Both the position numbers and the translations under genes were made by a program. From NCBI GenBank assembly GCA_040220235.1, contig JAVJTO010000030.1: DNA of 64,000 bases. The stretch is one strand, 5' to 3'. The stretch comes from Coleofasciculus sp. B1-GNL1-01 (lineage in GTDB: Bacteria; Cyanobacteriota; Cyanobacteriia; Cyanobacteriales; Coleofasciculaceae). Below the pieces are notes generated by a model that worked only from the letters and a program-made list of their open reading frames with translations, ran no database searches and was not told the DNA's origin. Shown here one piece after another: positions 51,744 to 62,413 of this stretch (its first letter is position 1; every line of letters begins with the position of its first letter).

Positions 51744-52982
51744 TCATCCTTTTATTTGACCATTATACCCCATTGCTCGTGCATTTACACCAAGTACACG
51801 TAGTAGTCCTTCTGAATCAGCATGATTGTAATTTCCAACAGCTTCAAGAGAAGAATTTTCTTGAGAATATAAGGAATGAGATACATGGTTAGCGGATAGA
51901 AAAGAGATATTTCCTTTATAAAGAGACACACCTATTGTTCCTGTAGCCAGTTCAGCTATGTGTTGAACAGCTTGAAGTGCCATCTGGGTAGTTAAATCAA
52001 ACCAATAACCTTGATAAGTTTGTCTACCAATTAATTTGGATAGCTGATCAAAGAACTCGCGAGCACGCCGATCCAAAATTAATTGGAGCAACATTTCATA
52101 ACAGGTGCCAAGTAGTTCCATACCGGGACTTTCATAAATACCGCGTGATTTGACTCCTACGAAGCGATTTTCAATCACATGAGTAGCGATCCCTATTCCA
52201 TGCCGTCCACCAATTACATTTGCCTGAAGAATTGCATCAAGTAAGGTAACAGGCTGACCATTGATTATAAGTGGACGTCCATGCTCGAAGCGTACAACAA
52301 ATTCTTCCGGTTTCTCTGAAGCATCTAACGGATGGCAACCCATAACAGGTTTAACAACATTGGCAGGAGTCGTAAGTGATTCAAGTAATCCTGCTTCGTG
52401 AGTTAGACCAAGCAAATTTGCATCTGTTGAGTAAGGTTCCTCCTTTGTGGCAGTTATGGGGAGCTTCCGTTCTTTACAGAAATCGATCATTTCGCTACGA
52501 CCACGAAAACGCTTTAGAAAGGCTTCGTCACGCCAAGGAGCATACACTTCAAAATCAGGAGCAAGCATATTAGTTATAATCTGAAAACGAACTTGATCGT
52601 TACCACGTCCTGTTGCTCCATGGCTAAGGATAGACAATCCTCTTTTTCGCATTTCTGAAATAAGGGCTTTCACGAGTACACATCTAGCAATTCCGGTGGT
52701 GTTCCAGTAGCTTCCTTCATAGCGAGCTTGAGATTGTATTACATAAAGACCAAATTCTGCCAATAATTCCTGGGCGGATAACAAAACAAAATCATCTGCT
52801 CCGCAACTAAGCATTCGACAGCGAATAACTTCCAAATCTTTTTCATCAGGTTGTCCTAGGTCGGCTGTAAAACACACAACACGTACACCTTTATCTGTAA
52901 GCCAACGTGTTATGGTGCAACTATCAAGACCACCTGAACCAGCAAAAGCAATAGTTTTCCCTTTTATATCTTGAACATTCAT
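51744..52982 (-). CDS. argG: argininosuccinate synthase (divergent paralogue)
   Basis: AGSGGLDS PP-loop, HGATGRGNDQVRF, YSTDANL, ENRFVGVKSRGIYESPG. Confidence 0.88.
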   Translation of the reverse strand: MNVQDIKGKTIAFAGSGGLDSCTITRWLTDKGVRVVCFTADLGQPDEKDLEVIRCRMLSCGADDFVLLSAQELLAEFGLYVIQSQARYEGSYWNTTGIARCVLVKALISEMRKRGLSILSHGATGRGNDQVRFQIITNMLAPDFEVYAPWRDEAFLKRFRGRSEMIDFCKERKLPITATKEEPYSTDANLLGLTHEAGLLESLTTPANVVKPVMGCHPLDASEKPEEFVVRFEHGRPLIINGQPVTLLDAILQANVIGGRHGIGIATHVIENRFVGVKSRGIYESPGMELLGTCYEMLLQLILDRRAREFFDQLSKLIGRQTYQGYWFDLTTQMALQAVQHIAELATGTIGVSLYKGNISFLSANHVSHSLYSQENSSLEAVGNYNHADSEGLLRVLGVNARAMGYNGQIKG

Positions 52983-53032
52983 GCCTGTTTTTCCTCTATA
53001 GGTGAATTACTAAACTGGTTTCGTAAAGATTT

Positions 53033-53264
53033 TAAGTAGTCGGACATAAATAAGCGGTACTACAGCATTTCTCAGTCTAGTGAGGTACCGTAACAAAACG
53101 ATGTTAGCCTCTGTGAGCGCAAAAGTCTTATTCTCAATGTACCTCACCAGCATAGAAAACGCTGTATGTCAATACATAAAAACTATTGTAAACTTTGACG
53201 CCCAAGGATTTGAGCGATGTTTACAAAAAATACACAGTGCCGAAAACCTTTGTCCGACTACTTA
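53033..53264. mobile_element. MITE containing a nested second MITE (53061-53166)
   Basis: Outer perfect TIRs TAAGTAGTCGGACA / TGTCCGACTACTTA; inner TACAGCATTT / AAACGCTGTA. Confidence 0.8.
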
Positions 53265-53339
53265 CAGATGGAGATTAGGTTTCAGCCCTTTAGGTTCATT
53301 ATAATTCTACTTTCTCCTCAGAGTCAAAAAATTTGCTAG

Positions 53340-54047
53340 TCCGTTGCTTGGAATAATCCTGCTATCCCCTACCTGATCAGTCCCCGTCGCACCACTCTAC
53401 TCAATAATAAACCGACATTTCGTTGGCATCCTGTAGCCAACGCCACCCGCTACAAGGTACGTGTTAGGGGTGAGGATGTAGATTGGCAAACTCACGTCAA
53501 TGACACCGAAATAACGTATTCGGGTGAAACCCCCCTAACACCGGGCGTGTATTATTTATGGACAGTAGAAACTCGCGATCGCGGTTCGTTTGAGGAAAAT
53601 ATACCTGAACTTGGTTTCAGAATCCTGGATAGCCAAACCCAAGCCCAAATCAAGACAGCCGCCTCCCAAATTCTCGCCAATAATCAACTCAACCCGGAAG
53701 CCAAAGCCCTATCCTTGGTCAACCTTTACCTTAGCCACGACTTGAAACAAAACGCCATTGAAACCCTAGACGATTTAGTCAGTCAAGGAAACCCAACCGC
53801 CGCTATTTATCACCAACTGGGTAAACTCTATCGACAAGTGGGATTATCTCAGCTTGCCCTACAAAACTATCAGAAAGCCCTTGAACTCGCGGCTAGCCAA
53901 GATACCGATATTCCCGCCCTCGTTGCAGAAGACTTAAGCGAATTTTACACCGCATTGGGGGAAATAGAAAAGGCTAGGAAATGGTACAATCAAGCCCTAG
54001 CCCACTATGAAGCGTTAGGGGATGTCCAATGGGTGAATGAACGGTAA
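53340..54047 (+). pseudogene. 5'-truncated TPR-containing protein (IPYLISPR type)
   Basis: Open frame begins after TAG at 53337 with no start: PAIPYLISPRRTTLLNNKPTFRWHPV...; TPR-like C-terminus. Confidence 0.65.
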
Positions 54048-54161
54048 AAAGAAGATCGAACTTGATAACGAAAGTATTTCTACTTCCCCAGCTCCCAGAC
54101 GCGCCATGGCACGTCTCTACATTGCTTCCCCTGCTTTTCAGCTTAAGTTGACACCAATGTA

Positions 54162-54310
54162 TATAGCATTTGTAAATGAGTTGTAAACCTAGGAGGACTT
54201 TTCTTAGATTACTTAAAAACTCCGTATCTCTTTCCCCTATTGCCTATTGCCCATTGCCCATTGCCTTTTTATCAGGTTCCTGTGTTCACGACCCAAATGA
54301 AAACGCTATA
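54162..54310. mobile_element. MITE, inverted copy of 14027-14174
   Basis: Reverse-complement near identity. Confidence 0.8.
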
Positions 54311-54326
54311 TCAACTCGCCCCTCAC

Positions 54327-55673
54327 TTATTCACAAGATTGTTGTGTCCCATCGGGCAGAATGGCGTTACAGAGATTCGCTTGGTTAAGATTAGCCCCCT
54401 CTAGATTAGCCCCCCTGAGATTCGCCTCTTGTAGATTTGCCTTCTGCAAATTCGCCCCCGCTAAATTAGCATTACTCAAATCGGCTTGAAACAAGGTTGC
54501 TTCCTCAAAGTTCGTGTTTTGAAGGTCAGAATTGTACAGGCTTGCACCACTCAGATTCACATTGCGGAAATTTGCTCCGTTTAAATTAGCATTAAATAAA
54601 TTAGCACCCCGTAGTTCACGTTCCTCAGCCCCTTGATTCACAATTTCCCAAACCAAACGCCATTTGGAGTCAAGGGTCGTCTCTTCATTAATTTTTGCAG
54701 TTCTCAGATTAGCATTTTCTAGATTAGCCCCAGCTAAATTAACATTTCCGAGTTCGGCATTCCTTAAGTTGGCATTGGTTAAATCGGCATTACTCAGGTC
54801 AGCATAGCGCAATTCCGTATTAGTCAACTGAGTACCTTGCAGATTAGCGCCTCGTAAGTTGACAATAAATAAATACGCTTCAGCTAAATTCGCATTTTCT
54901 AAATTTGCGTTTTCCAAATTCAACCCTTCTAAATTCGCACCTGACAAATCCGCCCCTGCTAACGCTTGTCCGGCAATTCCTTGATTAACCAACTCCCAAA
55001 CAAATAACCATTTGTCATTCAAAACCGTTTGACTATTAAATTGGGTTCCCCTTAAATCGGTGCGAAATAACTTGGCATTTTCTAAGTTAGCGCCTTTGAG
55101 GTTTACCCCTCTTAATGAGGTTCCTTCTAAATTAGCGTCACCGAGATTGGCTCCTTCTAGAGATGCATTAGCTAATTTAGCCTGTCTTAAATCGGTTTCC
55201 TGTAAATTGCTACGAGTCAGATTAGCATTCTGTAATGAAGCATTCATCAGGTTTGCTTTCCGCAAATCGGCAAATTGTAAGTTAGCATTCTGGAGATTAG
55301 CGTCTTCTAAATTCGCCTCTTGTAGATTAACTTTAAGAAGTTTAGACCGAAATAAATTAGCGTTAGCGAGTCGAGCATTCCGGAGATCTGCATCCTCTAA
55401 ATTTGCCCCAGAAAGTCGGGCTTCCCGTAAGTCAGCTTCTCTTAAATCGGCTTCAACTAAGTTAGCACCTTCAATATTGAACCCCCTGAGATTCCGCTTC
55501 CTCAAACGCACTCCCCGCAGATTACAAGTCGGACATTCTCCTTCATCTAAAAGCTTTTCTACATCTTGATCCTTGGCGGCTTGCACGGAATTGCTGAGAC
55601 ATAGCAGGGTAACTAGAGCGATAGTTGTAAAGCTGGTGGCTAACGGGAGGGTTTTGATCGTGGATAAACGCAT
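54327..55673 (-). CDS. secreted pentapeptide-repeat protein
   Basis: Signal peptide, CPTC, many A(N/D)Lxx repeats with two KWxxVWE breaks. Confidence 0.93.
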   Translation of the reverse strand: MRLSTIKTLPLATSFTTIALVTLLCLSNSVQAAKDQDVEKLLDEGECPTCNLRGVRLRKRNLRGFNIEGANLVEADLREADLREARLSGANLEDADLRNARLANANLFRSKLLKVNLQEANLEDANLQNANLQFADLRKANLMNASLQNANLTRSNLQETDLRQAKLANASLEGANLGDANLEGTSLRGVNLKGANLENAKLFRTDLRGTQFNSQTVLNDKWLFVWELVNQGIAGQALAGADLSGANLEGLNLENANLENANLAEAYLFIVNLRGANLQGTQLTNTELRYADLSNADLTNANLRNAELGNVNLAGANLENANLRTAKINEETTLDSKWRLVWEIVNQGAEERELRGANLFNANLNGANFRNVNLSGASLYNSDLQNTNFEEATLFQADLSNANLAGANLQKANLQEANLRGANLEGANLNQANLCNAILPDGTQQSCE

Positions 55674-56202
55674 AGAATAGTTAGTATAGATAAGTATTTA
55701 CTATAGCAATCTTAAATTGTATTGTACAAATCCTTCCACCTGATCAGGGGCTACGAGTTATACAGGTTAGTGCGATCGCGCCTTTAATCAAAAGCCTGTA
55801 AACCCCTTTGGCTACAGATGCAGCGGGGTAGCAAGAGAGAGTGCGATCGCCTAAGTCAGCCATGGATTCTCTGGCGGCGGAACTCTACCCTTTTCCCGTA
55901 ATATTGGTAATCAATTTTAAACCAGCAGGTAAAAAAACTCGAATTCAGAATTTATTAACCCATTGTAGGGGCGGGTTTAGGGACTCAATTGGGCTGGTTA
56001 CCGATAACTGAACAACAAAACCCGCCCTTTATTCAATGGCTTGCAATTCTCACCTGAATATCGGTGAGTTACCCCGCCCTTTATTCAATGGCTTGCAATT
56101 CCCACCTGAATATCGGTGGGTTACGGCGGATAGTTGATTAAATAATTATTGCCTGAATTAAATTCCGCCTAACCCACCCTACGATCCTACGATCCCGCCA
56201 CT

Positions 56203-57837
56203 TTAAAATCGCAATGTGGTTCGTATTGTGCCAATGAAGACATCATCGTTATCGCTATTATGATCCGGTGCAGTTAGCCAAATTATCCCTGGTGTAATTG
56301 TAATATTATCGGTTAACTTATACTGGTAGAATGCTTCTAGATGTAGGGAGGTACTCGGATCATCAATGCCTAAATTCTTCAAACCATCGCTCCCGGTAAC
56401 TTTGGGTTCCATCCCGATAATAAATCCGCCTAGATTGCCAGTTTTGCCGAAATCGGGTAAGGCTAATGTTAGCGCCCAATACCACAAATTAGCATCCCCT
56501 TCATCAATAACATTGGCTTTGGTATAACCCGCCCATCCTCCAACCACAAATCGGGGATTAAGTTGTACGGAAGCGGCGAGGTTAACGGAATTGGTAACGA
56601 CGGGCAAATCTAATTGATTGACTAAATTAGTGTCTTGACTACCAACTTGCCAGTCTTGGTTATACGCATTAACATAGGTCAAGCCAATCGTGGCGCGATC
56701 GCGAATCTCAAATTTGACTTGGGCTAATGCGCCATAAGCCCCATCAAATAAGCCGTTACCGGGTTCCGGATTTCCGCCATTCCCAGCTAAATAGCCTAAG
56801 CTAACTTCTAACTGATCATTTACGGCGTGTCTTACCCCGACACCCGCCCCACTAACTAAATAATAAATCGGCGCACGAGTAGCAAAGCGAGATACCGCCC
56901 CACTCGCGCCATCCCCATCCAGGTAAGGGTTAATTGTATCCGTAAAGTCATCCGCCGCCCCAGCATTTGCCGCGATAACCACTTGCGTCTGATTCCCGAT
57001 CGGGAAACGGTACAATAAAGCATCAATCTCTAAGTCACTATCGCTAGCCCCAGTAAAAGATAGTTCCCCTTCCGGTGTACCTGTGCGACGTTCCAGACGC
57101 CCTAATCCTTCCGCTTGTAGTCGAGTTCGCAGTAAATCTTCACCCGTGAAACTCGTGTCTAAATTTAAGCGGGTACGATGTCCTAATGTGGTAACAGTAT
57201 CATCCTCAGAAACAATCCCCGCCGCGCCAATAATCACTTCTCCATCCAGTTGAGTTGTTGTCGAAAATTGGGTCAGTTCTAGTTCTCGAGTTCGGGCGGT
57301 TAAGGCGTCTACATCACCCCGTAGCAGGGAGAGTTCTAAAACAAATTCATTGGTTAACTGTTCTAGTGTGGCTAAGTCTGCGGGAGGAACATCGCGCCCC
57401 CTGGCAATTAAGGATTGGATTTGATCTAAAGCCTGACGTAATCCGGCGGCAAATTCGTAGCGAGTCATTGACCGATTGCCTCGGAATGTACGATCAGGAT
57501 ACCCTGTGAGTATGCCATATCGTTCAATGAGCGATCGCAAGGCAGTATATGCCCAATCACTGGGCTGTACATCCCGCAACTGGGAAACATTCGTCACTTG
57601 ACCTAAGCTATTATTATTCCCGTACTGATTAATTGGGTCTAAACGATTCTCAGTCGGATCACTCGACTCATTCCCTATTGTTTCTGGACTCTCTAAGGTT
57701 TCCCCTAAAACACAAAACTCCCCCGCACCCCCACACCCTTGCACCTCAACCTCTTGTGCCGTAACAGTTCCAGCCCACACTACCCAAAACGCGATCGCTG
57801 TATTCATCCACAGCAGTTTCGGCAAAATTTGATCCAT
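56203..57837 (-). CDS. SLH-domain outer membrane porin (iron uptake porin / OprB family)
   Basis: DVQPSDWAY, TRYEFAAGL, FSTTTQLDGE, C-terminal RTTLRF. Confidence 0.93.
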   Translation of the reverse strand: MDQILPKLLWMNTAIAFWVVWAGTVTAQEVEVQGCGGAGEFCVLGETLESPETIGNESSDPTENRLDPINQYGNNNSLGQVTNVSQLRDVQPSDWAYTALRSLIERYGILTGYPDRTFRGNRSMTRYEFAAGLRQALDQIQSLIARGRDVPPADLATLEQLTNEFVLELSLLRGDVDALTARTRELELTQFSTTTQLDGEVIIGAAGIVSEDDTVTTLGHRTRLNLDTSFTGEDLLRTRLQAEGLGRLERRTGTPEGELSFTGASDSDLEIDALLYRFPIGNQTQVVIAANAGAADDFTDTINPYLDGDGASGAVSRFATRAPIYYLVSGAGVGVRHAVNDQLEVSLGYLAGNGGNPEPGNGLFDGAYGALAQVKFEIRDRATIGLTYVNAYNQDWQVGSQDTNLVNQLDLPVVTNSVNLAASVQLNPRFVVGGWAGYTKANVIDEGDANLWYWALTLALPDFGKTGNLGGFIIGMEPKVTGSDGLKNLGIDDPSTSLHLEAFYQYKLTDNITITPGIIWLTAPDHNSDNDDVFIGTIRTTLRF

Positions 57838-58152
57838 TTTTCGGTTTCTCCTTATGTCCGGTTGAATACTTCAGTAGGTGGGGACAATTAAAGTTAACGG
57901 TGGAGATTGTCATTTGTCATTTGTCATTCGTCATTCGTCATTCGTCATACTCACTGTCGCGAGAAAGCAAGCTACGTCTTATGTCTTATGTAAGGGTTTG
58001 AGGGTTGTTTATATAACTCCACCCCCTAACCTCTACTGTATCAGTTCAATAAGTGGATTGGTTTTTATCGTATCAAGGCTTATTTCTAGGACTTTATCAA
58101 CCTTTAATCGTCGATTCCAGCTATTATCCCTAAATGATCGAAGTTTTTTCTT

Positions 58153-60246
58153 TCAAAACACCGTCCGCGATTCCAAATTTGCCTCGATATCCTGACGAGT
58201 CCGCCAAACCGATCGCAATTCTTTGCGGGCATATAAAGGTAACTGATCCCCAATATGCCTAGAACCCGGTTGTGTGGCATTGCCATAAACGGTGAGTACC
58301 CTTGCCTTAACTGGATCAGAAAACTCGATCGCGGCAATATAACTATCCCCAGCTACTGATTGCAACCCTGTCTCATTCATCGGTGCAAAATTAATCACCT
58401 GGAAACTGCCCAACTGCCCAGACGCGCCACTTCCCGGTAAATCCACATCCCCATACTTTAATCGTGCCCTCTCACCCCAAGGGATATCTAACCTGCCATA
58501 CCCTGATTTAACCCTAGCGGCGGCTTCTGCTAAAACCTCCACCGCCGCCACCGGATCTGCCAAACTATCAGGGGTAGTCAGAGGCGATTGAGGATTCCAA
58601 CCTGTAGCAAACTGATTCGTATTCGGCATTAACTGTACCCAAGTGGCAAACAAAACCGTCCCTCGACTGTCTGCATTTGCCTGTCGATCCCAGTTGGCTA
58701 ACACATTCGCGGCTTCATTGGCTAACTCGTCCCCCGACTGTCGTGTTGCAGCAATTAAGTCATCGAGTATCCGATCTGCCAATTCTAGACGCGAGGAGAA
58801 TTTTCGGGCAATCATCTCCTCAAAACTAATTGGATTCTCCCTGATCAACATTTTTGCCGATCGCTGGGCGCGGAAATTCATAGATTGGGGTGCCATGTAG
58901 GGCGGATAATCATCAGGGTTAATCGCTTGGGGGAATGTAGTCGTCCAAGGTGGATCATTGGCATTTTGTAACCAACCCGTTTCTGGGTCAAGGATGCGAG
59001 GTAAATCTTGATAGGGATGATACTTTGTCCATAAGGTTTCAGAGGTATCGCCAGGAACCACACCCTGCCAATACTGCCAATCTCCCTGAGAACGCACTGG
59101 CACTTGACCATTAAATATATGCAAAATATGCCCGTCTCGGTCAGCATAGAGGATCGTGAACATGGGCAGTTGCAAACGGGCGACGGCTGTCTCAAACTCT
59201 TGGCGATTACGCGATCGCACCATATCCCACAACTGTGCCATTAACTGAGGTTGGTCTAACCCCACCACCCGCAACGCGATCGCATTCCCCTCCTGCTGCG
59301 AAACCACAAAACCATGAATCGACCGCCGAATCACCAATTCCTGTTCCGCTAATGTCCCATTTTCCTGCTTTACCTTTAGAGTTTGGGTTTCGGTTGCAAA
59401 GGGGCGAACTTGCCCATCAAACTCATACCCCCCATCCGCCAGCGTGAGTTCATAAGCCGTCCAACCCCGATGAGTGTTTACTGTGGCTGTCCAACCCAAC
59501 TGATCATTAAACCCAATGGATAACATCGGCATTCCCACCAACGCCGCCCCATACGCATCAATCCCTGGGGCGGTTAACTGGGCTTCGTACCAGAGGTAAA
59601 AATTCGACCAGGGTAAGTGTGGATTCGCCAGTAGCATCGCATTCCCACTCGCCGAATGAGACGGTGCGATCGCCCATCCATTAGAACCCGCTTGAGACCC
59701 TCCCGATTGCAACGATTCTAAACGCTGGGGATTCACCACAAAATTAAAATGAGTTACCCGCTGTAAATGTGCCAACACATCAACCCCATCCACAGGCAAC
59801 ACCACCTTGACCTTATCGTCAATTTGGTCATCATGTTCGGCAGCATACCGATTAATCCCCGCCGCAAAGCTATCCAGATAACGCCGCATCGTCAGATCTT
59901 GCGCTTCGTACCATTCCTGCGCCCTGGCGGGAATGCCCATAGTGCGGACATACTTATCCGAGTCCAAATAATCTTGCCCCCAATACTCGGCTGCCTTACC
60001 CCGTGCCTGTCCATATAACCTTAGAATAAGATTGCCATGACTTGCCGCTTGCGCCCAACCAAACGCCTGGAATAGATTCTCTGTATTATTACCGTAAATA
60101 TGCGGTACGCCCCACCTATCCCAAAGAATCTCAGTTTGATTGTCTCCAGTCACTGGACGGTAAATTCCCCAGGCTACAGTAAAAATCACCGTCAGCACTA
60201 TGACGAGCAAAACTGAAAATCTTTTGTTCAATCGGGACATTCTCAA
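58153..60246 (-). CDS. penicillin acylase-family Ntn hydrolase (AHL/peptide acylase-like)
   Basis: DRWGVPHI, GSNGWAIAP (Ser nucleophile), LLANPHL. Confidence 0.92.
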   Translation of the reverse strand: MRMSRLNKRFSVLLVIVLTVIFTVAWGIYRPVTGDNQTEILWDRWGVPHIYGNNTENLFQAFGWAQAASHGNLILRLYGQARGKAAEYWGQDYLDSDKYVRTMGIPARAQEWYEAQDLTMRRYLDSFAAGINRYAAEHDDQIDDKVKVVLPVDGVDVLAHLQRVTHFNFVVNPQRLESLQSGGSQAGSNGWAIAPSHSASGNAMLLANPHLPWSNFYLWYEAQLTAPGIDAYGAALVGMPMLSIGFNDQLGWTATVNTHRGWTAYELTLADGGYEFDGQVRPFATETQTLKVKQENGTLAEQELVIRRSIHGFVVSQQEGNAIALRVVGLDQPQLMAQLWDMVRSRNRQEFETAVARLQLPMFTILYADRDGHILHIFNGQVPVRSQGDWQYWQGVVPGDTSETLWTKYHPYQDLPRILDPETGWLQNANDPPWTTTFPQAINPDDYPPYMAPQSMNFRAQRSAKMLIRENPISFEEMIARKFSSRLELADRILDDLIAATRQSGDELANEAANVLANWDRQANADSRGTVLFATWVQLMPNTNQFATGWNPQSPLTTPDSLADPVAAVEVLAEAAARVKSGYGRLDIPWGERARLKYGDVDLPGSGASGQLGSFQVINFAPMNETGLQSVAGDSYIAAIEFSDPVKARVLTVYGNATQPGSRHIGDQLPLYARKELRSVWRTRQDIEANLESRTVF

Positions 60247-60438
60247 TTAAAATAAACGTCGATATTTTTGTACGACTATAAATTATAGACCTTATTTGTT
60301 TAATCAACCACAATAAATTGTAAACTATTCCTTGAGGCTGAGTTCCTTCTTTAATACACCATTTTAGGGGCAATGCGTTAAACTAGACATTAGGTTAATA
60401 ATGGCAACCTAAACATCTCTAAAAATAATAGAACATTA

Positions 60439-61227
60439 ATGTCCACTGCTTTAATTACTGGAGCGTCGGCAGGGCTGGGGGCTGCATTTGCTCAGGAACT
60501 CGCTAAACAGTCAACCGATTTAGTTCTTGTCGCTCGTTCCCAAGACAAACTACAGCAACTTGCCCAAGATTTACAAGCCACATACGGGATTCAAGTTGAG
60601 GTTATTCCCCAAGATCTTACCGCACCTGATGCCGTCCCACACGTCTTTGAAATAGTCAATCAGAAAAATATTTCCATTGATTTACTGATTAATAATGCTG
60701 GGTTTGGCGACTACGGTGCCTTTAGTCAGACTGCTCGGCGTAAACAGCTAGAGATGATTCAGCTTAATGTCCTGGCGTTGGTAGACTTGACTCATCACTT
60801 TCTCCCGCAGATGCAACAACGAGGTTCTGGAAGTATTATTAACCTCTGCTCAATTTCTGGGTTTCAACCGCTCCCGTATCTATCAATCTATTCAGCAAGT
60901 AAAGCCTTTGTGCTTAGTTTCAGTGAGGCGCTTTGGGCAGAAAATCAGCATACGGGTGTTAAAATTATGGCAGCTTGTCCTGGACCAACGGAAACGAACT
61001 TTTTCACCACAGCGAATTTTGCCGAATATGCTCCTGATAGTTTAAAACAGCAACAAACCGATTCCCCGGAGGTAGTGGTTCAGGAAATTCTCCAGGCTCT
61101 AGACGCTGATGATTGTACGGTTGTGCCAGGGCGGTGGCAGAATAATTTTATCGTTAATCTGCCGAGATTCTTTCCCAGAAAAACTATGGTACAACTTGTT
61201 GAACAACAGTTTCGTCCTCAAAAATAA
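60439..61227 (+). CDS. short-chain dehydrogenase/reductase
   Basis: TGASAGLG, NNAGFG, YSASK. Confidence 0.93.
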   Translation: MSTALITGASAGLGAAFAQELAKQSTDLVLVARSQDKLQQLAQDLQATYGIQVEVIPQDLTAPDAVPHVFEIVNQKNISIDLLINNAGFGDYGAFSQTARRKQLEMIQLNVLALVDLTHHFLPQMQQRGSGSIINLCSISGFQPLPYLSIYSASKAFVLSFSEALWAENQHTGVKIMAACPGPTETNFFTTANFAEYAPDSLKQQQTDSPEVVVQEILQALDADDCTVVPGRWQNNFIVNLPRFFPRKTMVQLVEQQFRPQK

Positions 61228-61310
61228 AGAAAAAGGGAACAGAGAACAGGGAACGTGGGAAGCAATGTAGAGACGTAGCATGCTACGTCTGGGAGCTGGG
61301 GAAGTAGAGA

Positions 61311-61438
61311 TAAGCTGTAATGCATTTAAATTGGGTATTAGTAGCGAGCAAGATGCAAAGCCTGCGGCATGGCTTCGCTAAACGCACTACAAGGATTGCG
61401 CCATTATTGATATTAAGGTTTAAATGCCGAACAGCTTA
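61311..61438. mobile_element. 128-bp MITE, copy of 1120-1247
   Basis: First ~88 bp identical, same TIRs and length. Confidence 0.8.
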
Positions 61439-61740
61439 CTTTCAAATGCCACGTTCGATAAGGGAATGCCTCGGTTCATGACCTATACATAAGTTTTATT
61501 GTGGTAAACGATTAAAATTGCTAATTTTATAGCAGTAGACACATCGATTAGGATTTTCGACACCATTGTAGAGACGTTGCATGCAACGTCTCTACATGAC
61601 AAAGGTGCAACCCGGTTTAGGCTGCACCCTTTCAGTTGTCTGTATAAGTCGAGGGGTCTGAAAACGTTTAGATTAATCGAGGTAATCAAGGAATAATGAC
61701 CAATTCGTCATTCCTCTACTGCTATGGAAGCAGTTGAGGA

Positions 61741-61932
61741 TCAATAGTTCGCCACTGGCGTAATTTCGTCTCCTAACAAGGGTCCGTACAGATTGGAAGC
61801 ACCCGTTTCGTGACTATTCCAGTTTCCTTGGATAAAGTAGATTCCATCATGGCTGGAAGCCGCGATTTTTCCCGTGTGACCTTTTAAAGAGCCTTTGGTG
61901 ATTTGCACGAGTTCATGTTGCTTGTAAACCAT
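61741..61932 (-). CDS. small KOW-like hypothetical protein
   Basis: RBS GGAGG; VQITKGSLKGHTGKI resembles KOW; paralogue at window end. Confidence 0.7.
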   Translation of the reverse strand: MVYKQHELVQITKGSLKGHTGKIAASSHDGIYFIQGNWNSHETGASNLYGPLLGDEITPVANY

Positions 61933-62413
61933 TGTGATCCCTCCGTTTCACATTTGTTCAAAAATTAGCTTTTCCTACTTATACAGTATTTTGACAAAAG
62001 TTTTACATCATCAGCGACGATCTTTCGACAGATTTTAGAAATCTTTCAGGTTTACAATGCCTGACAATAACAAAGAACTCTGGAAACCGTTGGTATTGCT
62101 GGGGTCTGAACGATTGGCATCCAAGAGAACAAGCCACAGAGCAGATGGTAGAGGGCAGAAGGTTCCCAGGAAAAGGTATCCAAGTCATGCCTAGGGGTGA
62201 CTTCATCGGATTGGGTATACACCGTTGATCCCCTATAGGAAATACAGCTTTGGGATCAATGGCACTGAAAAGCGTGCTTTAAAACATCATGCCCATCCTG
62301 TCAAGGTAGAACTATTACATCTTTTTTCTAAGGGCAGATCCTCGCCCGGTGATGGATTTACAGTGGAAGTATCGTCTTCTAAATTTCTCCTCATGTAAAA
62401 AGGACGCTAAAAA

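Noticed and set aside
55060..55569. 169-aa plus-strand ORF and other short antisense ORFs in the track
   Set aside because: Shadows of real genes on the opposite strand with no motifs
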